Notes: generated from the letters alone by a model not told the origin. A stretch of DNA of 63,653 bases, filler included, from Rhabdomonas costata (GCA_019059605.1; 49 parts of 49 records of this genome joined end to end with filler, not necessarily neighbours in it), one strand, 5' to 3'. Counted from the first letter of the whole stretch, positions 23,077-36,949 are shown. Program-made: numbers and translations.

Positions 23077-26000
23077 GTTTGGTTTCTTCTTTTCATGCGG
23101 AACCGTTGAGCCGTCGATGGTGGGTGGATTCGCTCAGATGTCACCGGTTTTTAGCCCCGAACCTCGCGCGTGGTTGTTATCACATGGACTTCCTGGGGAC
23201 AACGGCCCACGACATGCTCTGAAGTACTGAGAGTGGTCGGTAAATGGACGTTGACAGTTCTTTACAGTTCTTTCTCTTATTGCTGTTCTGGGGGTTCTAC
23301 CAGGTGGGCCTATCTAGCCACACCCCCCACCNNNNNNNNNNNNNNNNNNNNNNNNNNNNNNNNNNNNNNNNNNNNTTAATTAATTAANNNNNNNNNNNNN
23401 NNNNNNNNNNNNNNNNNNNNNNNNNNNNNNNGTGGTGGGTAGTCAAATACCGAAGTGGGAAACGGCTCAGGACACGTAGGAGATAGTTCGAGTGGACAAA
23501 AGATGAAGAACACGTTGGTGTTCGTAGGTGCACTCTGTGCACTCGGATAAAGCCAGTGGAGGAAGTCACGGGAGATATATTGGAGCAGTTGAATGGAGAG
23601 AAAGTTGAGGAAGAAGGCACAAGGCAAAAGCAAGAACACTTGACCGAGGCAAGACTGGAGAAAGCACAACCAGAATAGAAGAATGACACAATGGAGCGCA
23701 ACCGAAATATAAGAAAAGAGGCGCTCAAATAGACGAGAAGGGCTTGAGTCAGGGCAATGGCTAAACAGAAAACTAAGCTTAAAGATGATTATATAAGACA
23801 AAAATGAGATAAAGGCTTGCAAAGATAAAATCAGTGGATACGCACGTGCGTGGTTTTGTTGGGTTTTTGCCCAGATAACATCGACGAGGTGTATACCAGC
23901 AAATTAGAGGAATTTCAAAACGAGTACATGGAGAATAAAAAGAAGAACAGTCGCTGCTATTCAACGCCGATTTCAAGAGAGGAGAGATATCTCATTAAAA
24001 GATCTCCGAGGAATCCGACTTCTGACCTCGGAATATTTTTAGTTCATTTTGATTTTGGTAAACATGACAACCCTGCATGAAATAAAAGCACAGAGATAGG
24101 GGGTAGTGCATGACACTTTGTTGCTTTTGATTTTGGTATACTTTGGTTTTCGTGGTGTTTTTTGTGTTGTAAATTGAAAGATGTTTACCTATTTTACAAA
24201 GCTCAGAGGAGCCAGGCGAAATTCAGTTAGAGGAGAGTCAGGGCTAAAACGTTTGAGAGATGAACTTTCTCACCATCCCCTTTGCTGTGCTTTTGTGCCG
24301 CTCCATTATTTCTTGCTTTGTTTTTGTGTGGTAAATGAGTAAGAGGACGGCTGGTTAGAAGCAAAATCTCCAGGAACCCACCTCCAAGTGTAAACCTCGG
24401 AATCAAAGGCCTTTGAAACGAGCAGCAAAGAAAAGCGACAGCACGAGAAGTCCAGATAAACCACCCGTTTTGCCAAAGACCACGTCCACTCTTCAGATAA
24501 AGAGCCCCCGTCCACAGATAGATTAAGCAAGCGCGGATACGGAGAGCCCAACGCCATACACAAAATACACCAATACAGGAAAAAATGATATAACACACGC
24601 CGCGGCGACAGACCGAAGCGCACAACCCCACACNNNNNNNNNNNNNNNNNNNNNNNNNNNNNNNNNNNNNNNNNNNNTTAATTAATTAANNNNNNNNNNN
24701 NNNNNNNNNNNNNNNNNNNNNNNNNNNNNNNNNGTGTTGGTTGGTATTATGCACGGCTTGTATGTGTGTGTGTGTGTGTCGATGAATCAAGGCAAGAGCG
24801 CGGGTGCGTTTGGCTTTCCCCTGTGGTGGTGTTCTTAAATAAGAGTGTGGTCAAGCACCATTGCCCATGAGCTGGGGCTCGGTCCGGAAGGGGTGCCGGC
24901 CACACAGACTCACCTCCGCACACGCAAAGCCGTTCGAGTATGCTGAGGCAATGGGAGGAGCAAAGACCTCAGTACACACAGGCAACGGCATCCTTCGGGA
25001 TCGCGCAAGCAAACTGCGCTGATTTCTTGGGTGCCGCACAAAAAGGTGCAGCTGCGCAAGTTACGCGTCTTTTCTCGCCATAGAGTCATCCAAAATTTCG
25101 ACAACTTTGCCCCACTGCAATTTTGCAGTGACAAACCACACCCGCGTTTTATCATTTACTAGTCTTTCCGAGCGTCGGGTTCGGATCCTCACCTGGTGCT
25201 GGCTCAGGGGTGTATGCAGGAGCAGGCCTCCTTGGCGGAGATCGTGTTCTCCCCGCGGAAGTCCCTGTGCCTCAGCGGGGGACCCAATACCATCCCCACC
25301 TTACTGTCCTCAGTTAGGGCGAGCTCCGTTGGCTCGGACAGGGCCTTGGACAGGTTACCCCTCTCTTCCTTTCCCCTCCTCTTCAATCAATACCTCTTTC
25401 CGTTTTGTCAAGGCTGCTTTTCCCTTTTCTTCTCCCTTTCTTTGTTCTATGTTCTGTTTTCTTTGTTCGTTGTTCTTTCTTTGCTATGTGCTTTTTGCTG
25501 TTTGCTGTTTTGTGTATACATATGGACCTTTCACTGAGCAGATCGTTGTGATTCACAAAATACAAGCACGCACTTCGCGATCCCTCCTCCTTGCCTTTCC
25601 TCGCCTTGCCTTTCTTACTCTACACTCTACACTGTCTCCGCCGTCGATCACATCACAGTGGCAATTATACCTCCTTTTTACGGGTGCCCCCCCTCCAAGC
25701 ACTCTTTCCGCGTATTTTTCCCGCCCGGGGACCTGGCGTCCTGTGATGTGCCATCCCTAAGAAAATGTCTCAGACTGCCAAAGGGTGTGACTGGCTCTGA
25801 GCAATCAACATGTGCCAAAACCACCGTGCTCACCTGTAATATTCGAAACACTTTGAACTTTTCATTCCATTTTCGTATGCGGTGAAAACATCAACGTCGT
25901 CCCTCCACAATTGAAAATTAGTTGCACACACCACNNNNNNNNNNNNNNNNNNNNNNNNNNNNNNNNNNNNNNNNNNNNTTAATTAATTAANNNNNNNNNN

Positions 26001-27572
26001 NNNNNNNNNNNNNNNNNNNNNNNNNNNNNNNNNNCATGACAAAGATCTCGGACTAGCTTAGCGAGAGGTGCAATGAGGCTTATCATCATTTGAGGTTCTT
26101 TTTTGTTATTTTGGCATGTACTCGTGCAATGTGCCTGCAGGCCGAGATTCCTGTCCAGTTGTGTGGTGAACCGGTGCCCTGCTCACAACAGAATTCTGAT
26201 CTCTGTGTGAGCACCCAGCCAGTACGCTAGGGACATATTTTCATTTCATCCATCGTTCAGGTCCTCGCTTTCTGCCTTTCTTCTTTCAGCCCTCTGTCCC
26301 ACAAATCCAGAACAGCACTTAAGCAACCCATCACGGGCCTTGGGATAAATAAAGAGGAGAAGAGGCCTGCGCTCGCTCGCTCGCAACACAAGAACCCCCC
26401 CCCCAAACTTCACTGTGGACGACTTGACCCGACGTCAATCCGCTGACAGATATCAGATCAAAAAATGCACGGATGCAAAGAAACAAGCAAAGGGAAGAAA
26501 TGAAGAAATGTCATGGCCATGAGATCGCATACCATTGGAGTTTACAGAGCCTTCATTTCCATTTCAGCCCGTGAAACGATAAAATTTCAGCACGGGTGTT
26601 CAAAGCCAGAAACAATAGGGGTGGAGTGGGGGGTGAGATTGATCTGCGAAGAAAACACTAAGCACATGCTCCGAAATGCCAATGGGCTTCCAGCGCATGG
26701 GGCGCTGTTCCGTTCGCTCTGGCATGACAGGAATGGGTTGACAAAGCATGATTTTTGAGTTTGCGGTGTGTGTGTGTGCGACCTTAGTCGTACGCACCTG
26801 ATACGGCGCTGGTTTCTCAGAGGTTTCCGACATTATGCAATAAAGAAAACAGGAGCATTATCGCCAACACGATCCCAAAGTTCACCGAAGACATAAAGGC
26901 ACACAACTCTTGCACTGGAAAATGCCCTTGCCTTGGACTTTTTCAAAGGACGCCATCACCTGGAAGCAAGGTGAGAGACTGGCTGTGCAGGATCCTTCTC
27001 TCCAACTACCGCAGTGTAGCAAAACAATCACGGAAAAACAACATTGCGATTCAGGACGAAAAGCTACGGATCGTCCCCCACCCCTCCTTCAAAGAAAGGG
27101 GAGCGACGGGAGAGTGAATTGTACTTCCACCTCAGCCGTGACAGTGCACTTGCGCTACCGTTGCAATCCGATTCTTCTTCAACCCCACCCGCACCCCCTC
27201 TTAAACTTTTACACTGAAACCCACACAACCAACACANNNNNNNNNNNNNNNNNNNNNNNNNNNNNNNNNNNNNNNNNNNNTTAATTAATTAANNNNNNNN
27301 NNNNNNNNNNNNNNNNNNNNNNNNNNNNNNNNNNNNGTGTGTGTTTTTGATCAGTCAGCAAAAACCAAGGAAGGTTCAGCCTAAAGGGCCCCAAAAAAGA
27401 AAAGAATTCACTGATCCCCTCATTCCTCATTGAATCGAAAGCAGCAGAGGACGTCCACGTCGACATTCGCATCCGAAATTCCGAGGCCCTTTTTATTGAT
27501 TTGGACGCTGAACGCCGTTTACCGTGTGTTATTACAAATAATGAAATGTACGCTGTACGCCTTTTTCGCCAG

Positions 27573-27860
27573 GCTCGTGCTCTGGTGGTGTGCCCCGGGG
27601 GCTATGGCACGTTTGACGAGCTGTTTGAGTTTCTGACTCTGCGGCAGACCGGCAAGGTGGCAGAGATCCCCGTGGTGCTTCTGGGGAAGAGCTTCTGGAG
27701 CTCCGCGGTGCAGTGGCAGACTCTGGTGGACTTTGGGGTCATCTCCCCGGAGGATCTCTCTGGGCTGGTCATCACGGACAACGAGGACGAGGCCTTTGAG
27801 CATCTTGTGAAGCACATTATCCCGCCTCACCAGAAGCCTGGGGCCTCGATGCAAGGGTGA
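27573..27860 (+). CDS. LOG family (Lonely Guy / 'lysine decarboxylase-like') phosphoribohydrolase, 3'-terminal exon
   Basis: PGGYGTFDE matches the LOG PGGxGTxxE motif, followed by LRQTGK..IPVVLLGKSFW. Preceded by a TTTTTCGCCAG acceptor; ends in TGA. Confidence 0.88.
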   Translation, partial: ARALVVCPGGYGTFDELFEFLTLRQTGKVAEIPVVLLGKSFWSSAVQWQTLVDFGVISPEDLSGLVITDNEDEAFEHLVKHIIPPHQKPGASMQG

Positions 27861-29187
27861 GGAGGAGGGCTCTGCTGCTGCCGACCACTCCCCGCCATCT
27901 AGCAAGACACCCATCTGGCCATATTTTCTACGAATCGATTTGGGTTTGTGTGCGTAGTACTTTGTGCCGCCAGAGGCACGTTTGTAGGCTGTTCGCCAAA
28001 TCTATTTTATCACAATGGCGGATCGGTTCAGTAGTCCCGAAGCCTTGTTCTTCGTTGCAAATTCCTTGCTGCTTGGGTGGCAGAGGAACCAGACAGGCCA
28101 CTTGGAGGGTGTGACACTTGGAGTAGTCTGGATTGGATTGGGTTTCCCAAATTCTCATCGATTCCACTGCTCTCTAGCGAAAATGCCCACTTTAGTGGCC
28201 GCCGGGTTCCATTCCAGGCCTTACGGTCGTGCTATGACTTTCTACGGAGGTTCCTTGCAACCTCTCTTTTCAGTTTCACTGTTCTTTTCTTTTGCTTCTT
28301 GCCGTTTTCCTCTGCTTCCTCTCCATCGCTCTCGCTCGCTCATCCACTTGTCCTTTGTAAAACATTTGTGGGTGTCTGGGTACTTTTGTGCCTTGTGCGT
28401 CCTTCGGTGCCCCGCCGTTGCCCTCTTCCGGCGCTCGTTCCTTTTTTCCACTGATTTCTGATTTGTGCCCCGGCACTGTTGTAACGCATGTCAAAAACCA
28501 ATACGGACATTCCATCCGTCCTGCTCGAAAAACCACANNNNNNNNNNNNNNNNNNNNNNNNNNNNNNNNNNNNNNNNNNNNTTAATTAATTAANNNNNNN
28601 NNNNNNNNNNNNNNNNNNNNNNNNNNNNNNNNNNNNNTTGGCATGTCGAGAACCTCGTCTGGGACGAGGACACCGCCAGAGGCTCCAAGGGAAGGTTTGT
28701 GTGTGTTCGTGTGTTTGTGTTTGTGTGTGTGGGGGATACTGACTCACTTTCGCATCGTGCAGCCTCAGCCTACCGCTTCGGAGAGGGGGAGGGAGGGCCC
28801 GTGTGCTCCACCGGAAGCATCGAGAAAAGAAACACACTGGAACAATTTCAAGAACCCAAAGCAAAATTAGGATTACCGAATTCTTTCACTTTATGGAAAC
28901 CGGTACTGCTGTTACCAAGGCTAAACTGTAATATCGAACCCTTTTAGCTCGGGTCACGCTGGAGCGAATGGAAATGCCCCAATGCGCAATTCGATGTTTC
29001 CATGACTTTAATGAAAAACCCCAACCATCTTAAACTCAGAATTTCGTATTGTAACTTACCTTGCTGTAGCCGGTGACTGTCCTCTCCAAACATCCTCAGC
29101 GCAAGGGCCATTGATTGTGTCCATCCTCACATTCTCTCGCTTTGTCTGTGTTTGTGTGTGCCTGGCTCATGCGCTTTGTGTGAGCAG

Positions 29188-29817
29188 GCCTCCACCAGAG
29201 GGCTCCTCCGCGGCGCCCGACTTGCTGGGCCGCCTGCCGCCCGTGATCGCAGAGCGGGTGCGGCCCACCCTGCAGCCTGGAGAGCACGTGCTATGGGCGG
29301 AGAAGCCCGCGGTGTGGAGGATCGCGCTGTTCAGCTGCAGCCTCACCGTGCTCACCCTGACCAACCTCCAGGCGCGCACCCCCCATAATGGACCCACCCA
29401 CAGAGCTCCATTGGTCTCATGAGAAGCCCCTTTCCCTTTTCCAGTGGCGGCCAACCGTGATCCGCTGTTATGCTCATTGCATCCTGTGAGATGGAGAAGG
29501 TCGACAACGTTACAAGCTGTTGCCATGATAACATTCGCCCTTTTCGTCATTCATTCATACGCTCATTCTCCCCTTGCCCACAAAGTTTCTTCTCACTTCT
29601 CCGTCACACTGCGCATTCTTTGTGACTGAACTGTTTTGTCTAATTTGCTCCTTCCCGCCTCAGCCACGGTCTGCTAAGTGCTCTTTCTTATCTCACAGTG
29701 GCTCCTGTGGGCATGGGGTATGCGGCACATGACCAGCATGTTTGTGGGGATCAGCGTGGTTGGGCTCGTGATGAGCCTTCTAGTGGGCTGGATGGAGTGG
29801 ATGCAGTGCAATGTCGC
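29188..29817 (+). CDS. Membrane protein with LxPGExVLWxxKP motif (bacterial PH-domain/bPH_2-associated N-terminus-like); two exons
   Basis: Exon from 29188 (..LQPGEHVLWAEKPAVWRIALFSCSLTVLTLTNLQ) and hydrophobic exon 29699-29817 are in compatible phase. Confidence 0.55.
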
Positions 29818-30797
29818 GTATGTTTCACCCCCCCCCCCNNNNNNNNNNNNNNNNNNNNNNNNNNNNNNNNNNNNNNNNNNNNTTAATTAATTAANNNNNN
29901 NNNNNNNNNNNNNNNNNNNNNNNNNNNNNNNNNNNNNNGGGGTTTTGTGTGCAAGTGGGTGTTTGCCTTTGATTCTCCCTGTCCTTGCAGGTGGGGTGCA
30001 GAGGGCCAATTGCTCTGCGGCATTTAATTGAGCGAGCGGCATTCAATCCTCAGGATTCTACTTTGTATTTCTCTTCATTTTCAGGTATCTCTTCTCTTTT
30101 TTGTACGCCTATCTTCCATCGAAACTATTTGCGGTGACAGCGGTCCTTCGAAGGTATGCGTTTTGCTGCAACAGCTTTTAATTCATGTGTTTTCAATCAT
30201 GCACTTGCTTTGCTCGTCTCGTTTTTATTTGAGGAGTTTTCCCTTGCGTACGAGGGATGGTGGGTTTAAGGTGGTCAGACAACTGTCATGGCCTGCAATC
30301 TCGACTACGATTTTTGCGAGGGCGACTTCCGGATAGGGATGCCAGTACAGTTTCTATGAATTATTGGAAAATTCAGAGTTTTGAGCAGCTGATAGTTTGG
30401 CACATTTCACAGACATTACAAAGCACCTGCTGAATGCGTCTTCTCCCCAGGGAAACCTGGGCAAGGACCGGATGTGTACGAACTGAATGTTGCTCGTGAG
30501 ACCCTATAAAGCTGTGAAAAGTGAGTTGTTAGTGAGGGTATTGTTCTTCACGAATGCCGAAAATGATTGGTAACGCTGAGAGCGAGAAAATACGCGGTGT
30601 GTTTTTGAGCCTATTTTTTGGGAAAGGAGGTGCCTTTGGTTGGTTTTTATTTTTTATTTGGTTCATTTAGTTTCAACGTGGTGGTGCATTGCTGCTCCCT
30701 GGCTGCCTTCTGCAACCTGTTTCCTCAGTGGCGTTCTGCTGCCCACGTCTTGTTTGTATGAAGTGCTTTGTGAGTGATTTTTTTTATTATGAATTAG

Positions 30798-30826
30798 CAT
30801 TGTCCACATTGTCCACATTGTCCACA
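30798..30826. repeat. (CATTGTCCA)x3 tandem repeat
   Basis: Direct inspection. Confidence 0.9.
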
Positions 30827-31345
30827 CCACTGTTCACACCTTGGATGCCGACAATACGTAAAGATTGAAAAATGGTAAATAAGAGCTCTGCTCATCTTTT
30901 TAGCTTACCTTTCTTTCTTTTTTACAGTTGCAGTGATTTACAGTAAGAGCAGAAACTGAAGACCAGCAGGTTGCTGGGAAAAATAGGGATTGCAAGGCAC
31001 AACGACTGGGAAAAAGGGACAGAAAAGGAAGCTGGGTGGTGCGTTGGTCGATTTGCCGTTCTGTTGTTTAGAGAAAGGGATACGCACACAAACGAGCTAG
31101 TTGGCAGGAGGGGAAGAAAAGAAATCACTCAAAAACCACCNNNNNNNNNNNNNNNNNNNNNNNNNNNNNNNNNNNNNNNNNNNNTTAATTAATTAANNNN
31201 NNNNNNNNNNNNNNNNNNNNNNNNNNNNNNNNNNNNNNNNATGATGTCCTTACGATGTGCGGTGGAGGGGTGCTGCTGACGGTTTGTTCGTGTGCGTGTA
31301 CTTGTATGTGAGTGCGTGCGTGGAAGGGCGGGGGCGGGGTCACAG

Positions 31346-32213
31346 CTTTTTCGGCTGCGGATGAGGCGTCATGGGCACAAATACTGGAGGATTTCCAACG
31401 AATCGTGGGCTACGCCCGCGAAGGCTCCACCGTCAACCGTGACAGCGTCTCCAACAAAATGCGTACCCATCAGTACGTGCCTGCCCGGGAAAGTAGGGGG
31501 GGGGGTCCTTAAATGCGCATAACGCCGCTATACGAAAGTACAGAACTCTGGTGCTTCGCCAGCGCCTTCATTCTGGCCCTGTCCACTTCACAGCGGATGA
31601 CCTTCGTTCCCATCACAGCGGAGCACCTTTGTCCCCCGTAACTGCACTCATCCTTAACCCCGCCTCTTTCCAGCTATGAACTCTCCTGTTTCGTCCCATG
31701 GGTGGATAGTCCAGTGAGAATTGGAAAGAAATATGATATGAATCTTCAGAGATCATCCGCAAATTGGGGTAGTGCTGACTTTCAGGGTGCACCTCTTGGC
31801 TGCATAGCATACCTCCCCCGAAGCCGCACTGCTTCCTACTGACATCCCAAGATCCGAAGTGCGGCGGGGTGGTTTGGTTTGTGTCGTTGCAAGCGCTTTA
31901 TTCCTCCTTGTTTGTTTTCTACCACGCGATAGAGGGAGTAGGCTAAATCTAAATCTAAATCTAAACGTGCTGAACTGAATTTTAGTCTTTGTTGCTCCCC
32001 GGGATGTACACATGAGTAGTTTTCTGAAATATGAAACCAATGGGCAGATTCTTCGTGAATGTACTCATTCTTGAGCAGAAGGCAAGGCAAAGTGAACGAT
32101 ACTACCCCCCAATAAACGGGGCCTTTATTGATGTTCGTGTCTTGGTTGAGGACAATTCCTCGTTTTGGTTGGATTTCTCAGACTGTGTCACAGCATCTTG
32201 TACACCAATATAA
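31346..32213 (+). CDS. Hypothetical protein, last two exons
   Basis: Exons 31346-31472 and 32048-32213 join in frame (..SNKMRTHQFFVNVLILEQK..TPI*). Confidence 0.5.
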
Positions 32214-32541
32214 GGGAAAAATCTCGGGTGTGCTCCTGCTCGCTTGTGTCTTCTTCGCCGTTCTTGTATGGCCCTTTTTCATCCCTATAGCGCCTCTTTT
32301 TGAAGAAAAACAGAAAAACAGATGCATCCATCTCTTTGATCTCGAACCCCACTCAGAAAAGTCATTAATGTGTCTTTGCGCGGATTTTTGTACCAACTTT
32401 GACCTTGGGTCTGAGCTGTTGTTGAGCAGATGGGTCTGAGCNNNNNNNNNNNNNNNNNNNNNNNNNNNNNNNNNNNNNNNNNNNNTTAATTAATTAANNN
32501 NNNNNNNNNNNNNNNNNNNNNNNNNNNNNNNNNNNNNNNNN

Positions 32542-32797
32542 TGGCGTCTACGTCGGCGCGACTTCGAGGGCTGCCCGCGACGGTGTTGGGGATCAGCAGG
32601 CACACCGCGACCCCCTTCTGCTTCCAGTCCTGGACCAAGGCCTTGTAGCCGGGATGGTGGACGGCAATGAAGACTAAATCTGGGATACTATCAGGGACAC
32701 CCTCAGCCAGCACGTACACCCCGATGTAGCGCAGCATGTTGAGCAGGGCCTGCTTCCGCTGCTCATGAGGGTCGAAAACAATGGCGGACAGATCGAC
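32542..32797 (-). CDS. Hypothetical protein exon, degenerate receiver-domain-like alpha/beta fold
   Basis: Acceptor TGTTCAG, then VDLSAIVFDPHEQRKQALLNMLRYIGV...DLVFIA, with the alternating beta/alpha pattern of CheY-like domains. Assignment is by pattern only. Confidence 0.4.
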
Positions 32798-34059
32798 CTG
32801 AACAGTGGAGCAAAGGCTGGAAACTTGAACACAATGAGAGAGATAAAAAAGGGGAATCCAGACGCAAAATACTTTAGGGCAGTGTATCGGCTGAAATGAC
32901 ATTCGTCCTTTTTTTATAGCGACGTTAGGACCCAAAATCCCACGTGCTGGTGGGTAGGTGCATTGTGTGTGTTCCCGAGGAGAGGGAATTGATCTCATAG
33001 GGGGTTCGGTGGCGATGCACGCGCCGGAAGGGGGGGAGCCCCCAGGCAACTTGGGAAGAGTTTTTCGTTCCGGTGAATGCCATTTTGGGTCCATGAACTG
33101 TCTACTTTCCTTGTTTTACGGTGGTAGCGGTTCGCCGCGAAGCTGTTTGGGCTACATTATTTTAAATGACGTCAGTTCCTCTTCCCTCGGATGTTCGATA
33201 GTCGGTTCAAGGCACTCGTCTATCCCTTCACTGGCCAAACGGTCCACTCAATGGGGAAAACGGAAATACAACGCCCCGTTAGTCCAAAAGAGCATTAAAC
33301 CGCTTCGAAACATGAATGAGCAGGCATTTCCAACTCTTTCACAGGATGAAACTTTGCGTACCTTTCACCTGTCTCCTCGCCTTCTCTGCCAGCTTTACGG
33401 CGTACATCGACTTTCATCGACTCCCCAACCCCCTCCATCAGTTTCTCGATTTCCCAGACTCCCATCGGTCGAGCTTTTTTTTTATTTTCAATTTTTCTGC
33501 ACAGCATGACTTCATGGGCATGCCCGAACAAACGGGTGTCAACCCAGCCCAAACAAAGACACACAAGACAGATAGAGGCGCAAAAGTAGTTATTAAGCGA
33601 AAGTCGAAAGGCTCGGGGCAGGCGACGACGAAGCCGGCCAAACATAACCCTGTCCAGCCATGCTGATGGCAGGGCCTTTGAAAAAATTTCCCCTCTTCCC
33701 CCTCCTTCCCTCCGCGGCGTTGCCCTCGGTTGCCCCACAAAANNNNNNNNNNNNNNNNNNNNNNNNNNNNNNNNNNNNNNNNNNNNTTAATTAATTAANN
33801 NNNNNNNNNNNNNNNNNNNNNNNNNNNNNNNNNNNNNNNNNNTTTGTTGGGTCATTTGTGCTTGCCCCACGATGACCACGGACAGCGCACTGGCTGACTG
33901 GCCAGATTTTATGTTCTTAAACGAGACTCGCTGGATTTATTTTCGGTGCGGTTGGGGCATTCGGAGATGACGCGGCGTATGTCCTTATCCTTATCCTTAG
34001 AACTGCTGGTGGTCCCAGGCCCTTCCACTTGCGGGCTTTTTTTCTACCCTGCCGTGTAG

Positions 34060-34268
34060 AGGTTAGCTTGGAACGAACTTTGGACGAGCTCAAGGTGGTG
34101 TATCAGGCCACTCAGAAGCGCCGGGCCCAGGTCGAGAGCTTGCTGCCCCAGGCTGTCCTCCCATTGGTGAGGCGGATGGGGCGCCCCCCGACCTCGGAGG
34201 AGATGGTGATGCTTGTCGGGGTTCCTGCGGCCATGCTGCAGTACTGGGTCGTCTCTCGGGTCGAGAAG
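34060..34268 (+). CDS. Hypothetical protein exon
   Basis: GC-rich open frame between a polypyrimidine-TAG acceptor and an AAG|GTATTG donor. Confidence 0.5.
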
Positions 34269-35144
34269 GTATTGCATACTTTACGCAATGCTGCACCTGA
34301 AAGGCCCCACACACAACCACCAAAATAGAAGAGAATATTTGTCCCGGACATCTCAAGTGTGTCGTAAAGCAGGGGTTGGTAGTTGGTGGCGTTGTTTTCC
34401 ATACACTCCTGTGATCTTCAACTCTTACCTGCTGTTTTTGAGATGACACGGGCCACCCGATTATCCCCCTTTGTGCATCTTTGCTTCATCCTGCATGTCA
34501 CACTCCCCACTCTTGCATTCTTGCATATCCAATCCCACCATGCCCACCTTAACCACCGCTCCATCTGCTCGTGCGTTCATGTCCATGCGTTCTGCTGCTT
34601 TTTTCCAACAGTTTGTATCTCTCCCGCGTTTCCCCGTTTCGACTGCTCAGGATGTGCTTATGGCTGCAAAAACAACACTGTTTCAATTGAAACTTCAGTT
34701 AGCGCAGGGAGTGGAAAAGGATGCTCAGAACGCACAGTCATCGCAGTGGGGCCTGCACAGCAGTCCGCTGTTCTGTCACAACAACTGGGTTGGGTGCGTG
34801 GGAGGTGAGGTGCACCACAGAAAATTCTAATGAGGGCTGAAAGGGCAGGGAAAAGCAGCAAGAGACTGGCGCTAACTTCAGTTCTCGTCTTTGTCTGTCT
34901 GTTTGTCTTGTGCACCGGTTCTTGTAAAGGAATATGAGGGGTGCCACCAGTTCCCGTCTTGAACGCAGGTAACGGATACCCCCCCTCCTATCGGGCGCAC
35001 ATCCTGGAAAGAGTCCCAAGGAGCACGTCTATCGCCTCCTAACCNNNNNNNNNNNNNNNNNNNNNNNNNNNNNNNNNNNNNNNNNNNNTTAATTAATTAA
35101 NNNNNNNNNNNNNNNNNNNNNNNNNNNNNNNNNNNNNNNNNNNN

Positions 35145-36036
35145 GGAAGAGGTGGCCGTGGTCGTGGCCGAGGGCGGGGAAGTGGCAGCAAAAGGGGCCG
35201 CTCCAGTGGCCCCAGACGAGGCGGGGCAAGGCATAGCGGAAACCGCTACCATCCCCACCGCTCAGCCTACCCGGGCGACCCCCTGGCACCCTTCTTTTGC
35301 CCTCGGGAGGTCCCCGTGATGCCTGTCCCGCTGGAGTTTGAGAGCCCCACTCACTACGCCACAGTCATGGCGAACAACATCCTGGCAGAGTTCTGGCACA
35401 CTTTTCAGCAGGTTTGTGCCGGCCCGTGGTGTGCGCTTCAGCCGCGACGCGCTCCTTCTCTCTTTCTCTCCAATTGCTGTTCCCTGAATTGCATGGCCGA
35501 ATGCTGCGTTGAGTAGATTTTCTGGGTCGTTTACGTAGTGGATTTTGGTCCGTTTACTTGCAGACTTTTAAGCGTGTGTGACCAAAAGTTGAGACTCTTC
35601 ACGCCAGTTTTTGCTCAGCAACGTTGTGCACTCAATATAGGACGCCGCAGGTTTCGTTTCCTCTTGTCCACGTTGACGGTGAGTTATTTCTGCAACGTTT
35701 TGTCGATGAGCCATTTCTTTCTTAGATGTGTGATTGCTTTCGAGTTTCCACTGCGCGAGCGCGCGCGAAGACAAGAAAACAAAGGGGGACTTCGTCAGCA
35801 ACAAACCTGCATACGACAGAAGCAACTCATGAACTTACTCTCGCACTATACTTTCACTCCGATTTCTGGTGTTCTTAGGCCCAGATGCTGGACTCGCAGG
35901 CCTTCACTGCGGTGGCCGTCGACGGCTCCAAACTTGCTTCCGACGCTGCGTCGGCGATGCAAGAGAGCTTGTTCCACAACCTCATCGCCGTCAGAGCGGG
36001 AGACCACTCCGGAACTCAGCTTCATGTGATCACAGG
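35145..36036 (+). CDS. RGG-rich protein, possibly Sen1/Upf1-like SF1 helicase upstream region; two exons
   Basis: Exon 35145-35411 (GRGGRGRGRGRG...VPLEFESPTHYATVMANNILAEFWHTFQQ) splices in phase 0 to 35879-36036. The P-x-x-F-x-S-x-x-x-Y...E-x-W pattern resembles the Sen1-family pre-helicase segment. Confidence 0.45.
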
Positions 36037-36949
36037 GTGTGCGCTAAGTGCCCAGGGAGATTGTTTGATCGTTGTTTGGTCGTTTGATCAACCGTGTTTC
36101 TTCTGACCCGCTCTTTTGCTCTTTTTGCTTTTTTTCCTGCATATGTTTTATAGCTGTTTCTTTAGCCTCTAGCCTCAAGTTTTGTAATGATTGTTACAAC
36201 CCACACGGCATTTCGGATCAAAACTACCACATCTGTCGCCTCGATTCTCCTCTGGTGGCACAAAAATTTATTCGCCTTATTGCCACCTATCCGCCCCTTT
36301 CCCGCGCATCCCACCACGACCTTGTCCACTGTTTGCACCCACACCNNNNNNNNNNNNNNNNNNNNNNNNNNNNNNNNNNNNNNNNNNNNTTAATTAATTA
36401 ANNNNNNNNNNNNNNNNNNNNNNNNNNNNNNNNNNNNNNNNNNNNGTGCAACGTTTTCCCAGCATGCTTTGCGTCTTTACAAACACGGATTTCTCAAAAA
36501 CTGTCTGCAGTCCGGCTAGGCTTTTTGTTTCCTCCTTCCAAGTGATGCACCCCGCGTCTGCTGAAAAAATCGCTTCACCTCGTTTTGAGGAAATGCCGCG
36601 CAACGGGCTTTCACCCGAATTTTGCGAATCATCGTTTATTCCTCGATGAAATGTTAGATTGCTCAAAGCACAGCAGCAATTGGGTGTTATGGTGGGGATG
36701 GAAAGTGGCAAGGAATGTAAAGGAGGCAATTTTGGTATCGCGCCGCTGTGTGCACCACACACGCAAGAAGTGAAATTGCCATTTCAAAGCAACCGCGGCG
36801 TAGTCGATTCTGCGCGCTAATGCGTGTGTGTCGTTTCGATTTTCGTGTATTCGTTCTTAGTTGTCAGTTATTTTTTGTGGTGTTGGTGGCTATTGTTTTT
36901 GAACCCGGTGATTTTCTGGAAGGGACGGCAGCGTGTACAACAACAATGT

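Noticed and set aside
6509-27860. Apparent neighbourhood of beta-lactamase, kinase, snoRNAs, RFC1, carrier and LOG as one system
   Set aside because: Each lies on a separate contig of near-identical length, apparently grouped by size; adjacency carries no biological information.
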